NCBI GenBank assembly: GCA_047947115.1
Contig: CP170459.1
Location: forward strand, 3,552,001-3,616,000
Reading direction: 5' to 3'
Length of the DNA stretch: 64,000 nucleotides
Source of the DNA: Verrucomicrobiota bacterium
GTDB lineage: Bacteria > Verrucomicrobiota > Verrucomicrobiia > Limisphaerales > AAA164-E04
Position 1 is the first letter of the stretch. The number at the start of each line of letters is the position of its first letter. Shown piece by piece: positions 58,313 to 64,000 of this stretch. Made by a program: the position numbers and the translations under genes. Under the pieces are notes generated by a model. It ran no database searches and was not told where the DNA came from. It saw nothing but the letters and a program-made list of their open reading frames with translations.

Positions 58313-60004
58313 CTAAGATTCGATTTTCTTGTCATCCTGTTCTTTTTGTGGATCGGGTTTTGGCCGGGGTGGAACGGTCAACCATAAATGGTCGATCTTT
58401 CGATAAACCTGGTCCATGTAACCATTGGGCACTCCGTTATTGACGGATGTGGTGACGGTGATTTTACCTGCTGGATACCGGTTATTGGATTGATCAACAT
58501 CGACGCCTACGATCTGCAGCTCACCCTGGAAAGGTTGGCTGGAAGGTGAGGCGTGCAGGAACAACTTGATGCTTTTCTTGGTTTTGTCCGCAAAGACGGG
58601 AGAACAGGACACTCCGGGCGGCAGTAATCTAGCTTGAACCTTGATGTCCGCATCATGATTGAAATCACGCTGGATGGTTACTTTGATTTCCGTTGATTCC
58701 CCTGGTTTCAAGGTGAATTCCGAGGCGTCAACACTGAGTTCACAACTCGGTGATTTTGTTTCTCGAATCAAACGGTAAAAATGATCCTTGCCCCCGTCAT
58801 GTGTCAGTGAGGTGACTTGCAGATAACAGGTTTCTGCTGCCGGGGCTTTCCAGTCGATGCGTGGATCGCCCAAGGTGGCGCTATCGTCATCGGATTTGAG
58901 TTCCTTTTGATCCTTGTCAAAAAGTTTCAGAGTCAGATCACAGGGGTAACCCAGGCGGGCGGATTGGATCTCGAATCGATACCAACGATCCTTTTCGGCT
59001 TTGAAAGCAAACCAGTCCACATCTCCCGGATGCTGCAGGATCCCACTTCCATGTGACACCAGAAAGGTGGCCGTTTCCGCCGATTGATTGGGTTCCTGTT
59101 CCAGAGAGACTCCGGTTGCCTTGATGAGGCTTTGTTGCAGATCTGTGGTTAATTCCAGGCTGGAGAGCCAAGCGTTGTCACCCTGGATTTTGTTCAAATT
59201 CCAGCCATGCAAGTGAAGTGATTGGTTGGGATCATTACCCGGTAGATCCATTGTGCGCACATAGGCCTGATGCGTCAACAACAGGCGGTAGATGTATCCA
59301 CTGCCACCGCCCAGGCGTTCACTTGAGGTGGCGGGGTAGGGGAATCCCATGATTTGAATCCAATAGTTGCCGGTTTTGGGAGCTTGAAAAGCAATTCTTG
59401 GGTCCAGGTAATAACTGTCATGATTCCAAGCCAGCACCCGATTGACATCGTCCAGGACACGTATCAAAGGATCGGTGGTGGAACCCAGCACGTAGGCGTC
59501 CATGCGGGCCACCAGAGTTTCTCCCTCGTTCAGGTGCACTTTGAACGTATCGACATCCTGGCCGCGCTCCATCTGGCCGTGAATAAGGCAGGGGAGCCGG
59601 GGGATTTGGGTAGATTCCCCAATATGGTCATTGGGTTCCGTCTCAAGATAACCGGTTGTTTGGCTGACAATGAAATAACGTGGAATCGAAGCACCATCTT
59701 CATTGAAGAAACGAACCAGCCTGGGACCCTGTTTGGCATCCGAAGCCACTTCCACGTTCCATTCCCCTTTCTTTTCAGTGGGCGAAAATACAACACCATC
59801 ACCGGAAACCCAGCATTGTGGTGGCCAAGGTTCAGCTTTACCGATCGCCTTGACCGTGACCGTCTGGCCGATGCCTGCACCAACAGGAAACAAATGATCC
59901 AAAACGGGTGCCTCAGCTTGTGGTGAGTTTGTCAGGAAGACGTTCAAAGCCAGGGCAAAGGCCAGGTAGCTCCGCAAACAGTCAAATTGGCTATTGAAAA
60001 ACAT
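58313..60004 (-). CDS. PPC (pre-peptidase C-terminal) repeat protein, PVC type, exported
   Basis: LDHLFPVG, two E.EPN..DVD.F...DP repeats, signal peptide; no catalytic domain recognised. Confidence 0.82.
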   Translation of the reverse strand: MFFNSQFDCLRSYLAFALALNVFLTNSPQAEAPVLDHLFPVGAGIGQTVTVKAIGKAEPWPPQCWVSGDGVVFSPTEKKGEWNVEVASDAKQGPRLVRFFNEDGASIPRYFIVSQTTGYLETEPNDHIGESTQIPRLPCLIHGQMERGQDVDTFKVHLNEGETLVARMDAYVLGSTTDPLIRVLDDVNRVLAWNHDSYYLDPRIAFQAPKTGNYWIQIMGFPYPATSSERLGGGSGYIYRLLLTHQAYVRTMDLPGNDPNQSLHLHGWNLNKIQGDNAWLSSLELTTDLQQSLIKATGVSLEQEPNQSAETATFLVSHGSGILQHPGDVDWFAFKAEKDRWYRFEIQSARLGYPCDLTLKLFDKDQKELKSDDDSATLGDPRIDWKAPAAETCYLQVTSLTHDGGKDHFYRLIRETKSPSCELSVDASEFTLKPGESTEIKVTIQRDFNHDADIKVQARLLPPGVSCSPVFADKTKKSIKLFLHASPSSQPFQGELQIVGVDVDQSNNRYPAGKITVTTSVNNGVPNGYMDQVYRKIDHLWLTVPPRPKPDPQKEQDDKKIES

Positions 60005-60021
60005 AGATCGGGTATGGACGC

Positions 60022-60051
60022 ATCATAGACCCAGCCCGATACATGCATCAA
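60022..60051 (-). promoter_or_regulatory. Putative sigma-70 promoter for the 60004-50515 operon
   Basis: TTGATG-N18-TATGAT on the minus strand, ending 17 nt before the ATG. Confidence 0.5.
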
Positions 60052-60229
60052 GTCGTGAGTTGGCTGGTTTTTTGAAGGATGCGAGCTTGGGACGATGTTT
60101 CATTTGAGGCCCCCGTGCTTTGTTCCTTCTTCGCTTGCCTTTGCGTCATGAAATAGGAACAATAGCCGTTCTCGGGTGGTCCCAGGGATCATCCGTTGAA
60201 CCGTGAACCTGAAATTGAATATATAATCT

Positions 60230-61222
60230 ATGAACACAACTCCCATTCGTGTTGCGGTGACTGGTGCCGCTGGTCAGATTGGTTACTCACTCCTTTTCCG
60301 GATTGCTTCCGGTGCGATGTTTGGCCCCAAACAACCCGTTATACTCCACTTGCTTGAAATTGAACCGGCACTTCCTGCTTTGCAAGGTGTTTGTATGGAA
60401 CTGGAAGACTGTGCATTCCCCCTCTTGAAGGGCATTGTTCCCACATCGGATCTCAATCAAGGTTTCAGTGGTGTCAATTGGGCACTCCTGGTGGGCAGTG
60501 TGCCTCGCAAGCAGGGCATGGAACGCCAGGATCTCCTGGGCATCAACGGTAAGATTTTCATTGGTCAGGGACAGGCCATTCAGAACAACGCTGCTTCGGA
60601 TGTCAGGACGGTTGTGGTTGGGAATCCTTGTAACACCAACTGCCTGATTGCCATGAACAATGCCCCCGATGTGCCTCGTGACCGTTGGTTTGCCATGACA
60701 CGCCTGGATGAAAACCGTGGCAAATCCCAGTTGGCCAAAAAAGCAGGCGTGGATGTGACGGATGTTTCCAACCTGGCTGTCTGGGGAAATCACTCTGCGA
60801 CCCAGTATCCTGATTTTACCAACGCACGGATTCAGGGCAAACCCGTGATCGATGTCATTTCGGACCACGCCTGGTTGGAGGGTGAATTTCTCTCCACCGT
60901 TCAGCAGCGTGGCGCGGCGATCATCAAGGCGCGCGGGGCATCCAGTGCCGCCAGCGCGGCCAACGCCGTGGTGGATACCGTGGCATCCATCATCAATCCG
61001 ACATTGAACGGGGATTGGCACAGCGTATGCCTTTGTTCAGATGGTAGTTATGGGGTTGAGAAAGGTCTGATCAGTTCCTTTCCTGTGCGCAGCCGCGACC
61101 AAAAAATCGATGTGGTCACCGGCCTGGAAATCAATGCCTTCAGCCAGTCCAAAATTGATGCCACCGTCAATGAACTGAAGGAAGAGAAGGCGATGGTGGC
61201 CGATCTTCTGCCCGGAGCTTGA
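60230..61222 (+). CDS. mdh: Malate dehydrogenase (type 2)
   Basis: [55 protein letters not shown]. Confidence 0.97.
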   Translation: MNTTPIRVAVTGAAGQIGYSLLFRIASGAMFGPKQPVILHLLEIEPALPALQGVCMELEDCAFPLLKGIVPTSDLNQGFSGVNWALLVGSVPRKQGMERQDLLGINGKIFIGQGQAIQNNAASDVRTVVVGNPCNTNCLIAMNNAPDVPRDRWFAMTRLDENRGKSQLAKKAGVDVTDVSNLAVWGNHSATQYPDFTNARIQGKPVIDVISDHAWLEGEFLSTVQQRGAAIIKARGASSAASAANAVVDTVASIINPTLNGDWHSVCLCSDGSYGVEKGLISSFPVRSRDQKIDVVTGLEINAFSQSKIDATVNELKEEKAMVADLLPGA

Positions 61223-61224
61223 GC

Positions 61225-61929
61225 ATGTCCGAATTTGACGCCCCTGTTTCCGAACTGGCGAAGCATCTGGATTACACATTGCTGAAACCGGATGCCACCC
61301 TTGAGGAAATCCGAGCCCGCTGTCAGGAGGCAGCGGAGCTTGGGGTTTATGGTGTCACCGTACACAGCTCGAGGGTTGTAGCGGCCTCCATGGTTTTGGA
61401 AGAAACTCCGGTGAAGGTGACGTGCGTGATCGGTTTCCCGTTTGGAGCCATGGATTCGGATGTCAAACGCTACGAAACCGAAGCCGCCGCCGACATGGGA
61501 GCACAGGAGTTTGCGCTGGTGATCAATCCCGCCATGCTCAAAGATGGCCGGCCAAAAGTGTTTTTCCGGGAATTGCGTGATGTGGTGGAAGCGGCTGAAG
61601 TGTGTCCGGTGAAGGCCGTGTTTTGTCAGGGGTTGTTCAGCGAACAGGAGGCACAGGATGCGGTCGAAATGGTCAGGGAAGCCGGGGTGCGAACGATCGA
61701 GCTGTTGGGCGGCGTACGGCCCGAGCCACTGGTTCCTGAAGAATTCCTCAAACTGAAGAAACATTGCCCAGAGGGTATGCAGTTCAAGGTGACCGGTCCG
61801 TTTGTGCGCCAGAGCGAGGTGTTGGGATTCCTCAAAGCAGGTGTCAACTGGGTAGGCACGCCGGAAGCTCGCTTGGTTCTGGAAAACGACGAATTGGACG
61901 AACCGGAGCATACTCCTTTTCGGTCCTGA
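61225..61929 (+). CDS. Deoxyribose-phosphate aldolase-fold protein lacking the catalytic residues
   Basis: LDYTLLKP, VIGFPFGA and K..E....GA.E match DeoC, but EIDMV reads EFALV and FVKTSTG reads TIELLGG. Confidence 0.8.
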   Translation: MSEFDAPVSELAKHLDYTLLKPDATLEEIRARCQEAAELGVYGVTVHSSRVVAASMVLEETPVKVTCVIGFPFGAMDSDVKRYETEAAADMGAQEFALVINPAMLKDGRPKVFFRELRDVVEAAEVCPVKAVFCQGLFSEQEAQDAVEMVREAGVRTIELLGGVRPEPLVPEEFLKLKKHCPEGMQFKVTGPFVRQSEVLGFLKAGVNWVGTPEARLVLENDELDEPEHTPFRS

Positions 61930-62006
61930 CAAAAAAATAGACAGGCCCTCTTTGGGTGTTAGGGTTCTCCTTTCCGAACAAGACAGTTAGAGAAAAGAAC
62001 CGGCAT

Positions 62007-64000
62007 ATGAAAGAAACAGGTTACAAAGACTATTTGTGGAAGGATTTAACGGCGGGGTTGGTGGTGTTTTTGGTGGCTCTACCCCTGTGCCTCGGGATTG
62101 CGCTGGCTTCCAATGCGCCATTGATCAGCGGACTGGTGGCCGGGATTGTGGGCGGCTTGCTTGTTTCCTGGTTGAGCGGATCGCACACCAGTGTCAGCGG
62201 CCCCGCCGCGGGCCTGACGGCGATCGTGTTTGCCCAGATCACCAAACTTGGATCTTACGAAACGTTTTTGTGTGCCGTGGTGTTGGCCGGGGTCTTTCAA
62301 GTCTTTCTCGGTTGGATCAAGGCTGGTTCACTTGCAGCTTTCTTTCCGTCCAGTGTCATCAAGGGTTTGTTGGCTGCGATCGGGATTATTCTCATATTGA
62401 AACAAATACCGCATCTCTTTGGGCATGATCCCGATTGGATGGGGGATATGTCTTTTATCCAGGACGACGGCAAAAACACTTTTTCCGAAATTCTCGCAAC
62501 GACTTTCGATATTCACCCGGGGGCGACGGCAGTTGGGTTGTTGTCACTGATCCTGCTGGTGGTATGGGACAAAACCCCGCTCAAAAAAATTCCCGTTCCT
62601 GCGCCCTTGGCGGTTGTTGTGTTTGGCACTCTCCTGTCGAAGTTGATATCGCCGATGGGAGGGCTGATGAGCATCGGCGCCAGTCATCTGGTTCAGGTGC
62701 CGGTTTCAGATTCTCTGGGAGCGGTGATGGATTCTCTTGCTTTTCCGAATTACAAGGCATTGTTGAGCGCCAATGTGTTGGTCGCGGCTTTGACCATTGC
62801 TGTTGTTGCCACTTTGGAAACCTTGCTCAATCTTGAGGCTGTCGACAAGTTGGATTCCAAGCAACGTGTTTCACCTCCGAATCGTGAATTGATGGCGCAA
62901 GGGGCTGGCAACATGGTTTCGGGTTTGCTAGGAGGCCTGCCCATCACATCGGTGATCATTCGCAGTTCCGTCAATATCGCCTCAGGGGGACAGACACGCC
63001 TGTCCTGCTTTTTCCATGGTGTCTTCCTGTGCCTGACGGTGTTGTTTGTTCCGTCCGTTTTGAATCAAATTCCACTTTCCTGCCTCGCGGCCATTTTGAT
63101 GGTGACCGGATTCAAATTGGCAAACCCACAATTGTTCCGGCGAATGTGGAAAGAAGGGGTTCTCCAGTTTACCCCGTTTCTGATCACCATCATCGCCATC
63201 GTGCTGACAGACTTATTGATCGGTATTGTTGTAGGGATGGTGATTTCGATTTGTTTCATTTTGAACAGCAATTTGAAGCGTCCTTTGAGGAAGATTCATG
63301 AAAAACACGTGGGCGGAGAGGTTCTGCGTATTCAGCTTTCGAACCAGGTGAGTTTTCTTAATCGAGCTTCACTTCTAAGGACCTTGAACGAAATTCCGAA
63401 CGGCAGTCAGGTGGTGATTGATGCGCGGGACTCGGATTATGTGGACCCGGACATTTTAGATCTGCTGTCGGATTTTGAACAGCAAACCGCTCCCGCGCAT
63501 GATTTGAAACTGAGTTTGATCGGGTTCAAGGACCGGTACAAGCTGGAAGACAAGGAGCATCACATTGATGTTTCGACGCGTGATATTCAGGAGAAAGCCA
63601 CACCTCAGCAGATCTTGAATCTTTTGAGAGAAGGCAATAAACGCTTTGCGCGCGGAGAGAAGTTGTCACGCGATCTCATCAAACAGAGAGACGCCACTTC
63701 CCAAGGACAGTTTCCGCTGGCAACGGTGCTAGCATGCATGGATTCTCGAGTGCCGACCGAACTGGTGTTCGATCTGGGGATTGGAGATCTGTTCAGTGTT
63801 CGTGTCGCTGGAAACATTGCCTTCAACAAATCGATCGGCAGTTTGGAATTCGGTTGCGCTGTTGCCGGAGCCAAAGTGCTTGTCGTTCTCGGTCACACCA
63901 AATGTGGGGCCGTGAAAGCCACCATTGATTTGGTTGACCAGGGTAAAACCGCGTTGCAGGCCACTGGGTGCGAGAACCTGGATTCCGTCACAGATGTGAT
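62007..64000 (+). CDS. SulP anion permease-STAS-beta-carbonic anhydrase fusion, 3'-truncated by the window
   Basis: Absent from the ORF track because it has no stop. Translates MKETGYKDYLWKDLTAGLVVFLVALPLCLGIALAS..SGPAAG..NRELMAQGAGN, with in-frame CMDSR (63735) and GHTKCGAV zinc ligands. Confidence 0.92.
   Translation, partial: MKETGYKDYLWKDLTAGLVVFLVALPLCLGIALASNAPLISGLVAGIVGGLLVSWLSGSHTSVSGPAAGLTAIVFAQITKLGSYETFLCAVVLAGVFQVFLGWIKAGSLAAFFPSSVIKGLLAAIGIILILKQIPHLFGHDPDWMGDMSFIQDDGKNTFSEILATTFDIHPGATAVGLLSLILLVVWDKTPLKKIPVPAPLAVVVFGTLLSKLISPMGGLMSIGASHLVQVPVSDSLGAVMDSLAFPNYKALLSANVLVAALTIAVVATLETLLNLEAVDKLDSKQRVSPPNRELMAQGAGNMVSGLLGGLPITSVIIRSSVNIASGGQTRLSCFFHGVFLCLTVLFVPSVLNQIPLSCLAAILMVTGFKLANPQLFRRMWKEGVLQFTPFLITIIAIVLTDLLIGIVVGMVISICFILNSNLKRPLRKIHEKHVGGEVLRIQLSNQVSFLNRASLLRTLNEIPNGSQVVIDARDSDYVDPDILDLLSDFEQQTAPAHDLKLSLIGFKDRYKLEDKEHHIDVSTRDIQEKATPQQILNLLREGNKRFARGEKLSRDLIKQRDATSQGQFPLATVLACMDSRVPTELVFDLGIGDLFSVRVAGNIAFNKSIGSLEFGCAVAGAKVLVVLGHTKCGAVKATIDLVDQGKTALQATGCENLDSVTDV

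Noticed and set aside
62036..63928. Fragmented short ORFs suggesting a pseudogene at the window end
   Set aside because: A single frame from ATG 62007 carries the SulP and CA motifs to the edge; the listed ORFs are in other frames.

Overview
A gene-dense, core-like bacterial chromosome segment of roughly 53-55% GC by eye. The gene content points to the PVC superphylum, most likely Verrucomicrobiota (inference): prepilin/H-X9-DG proteins, a Minf_1886-family protein, a PVC-type CxxCH dehydrogenase, and an Ig-repeat protein ending in an 'FYRL' tail. I found no rRNA, tRNA, CRISPR array, integrase or transposase. Contents in order: the 3' end of a prepilin-type gene; a 5-unit array of GTAG-type REP doublets; two convergent RND operons (3 RND, 2 MFP, no outer-membrane channel), one coupled to trpE; an HDAC-family deacetylase; a DUF2723-like/TPR membrane protein with a GT4; split pta plus hisC; rpoD with a long basic N-terminal tail; a full-length eukaryote-type tripeptidyl-peptidase II; an M16 peptidase operon led by an unannotated 43-aa membrane protein; an Ig surface protein, a prepilin protein and a lipoprotein; an octaheme cytochrome; trpB with a class III aminotransferase; an exported-enzyme operon; and mdh, a degenerate deoC and a SulP-STAS-carbonic anhydrase fusion that runs off the end. 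The strongest oddities are the TPPII with exactly eukaryotic catalytic spacing, the DeoC pseudo-enzyme, the REPIN/BIME array, the degenerate TMEM260-like protein and an RND subunit with about 150 extra hydrophobic residues. All family calls come from reading motifs; no database searches were run.
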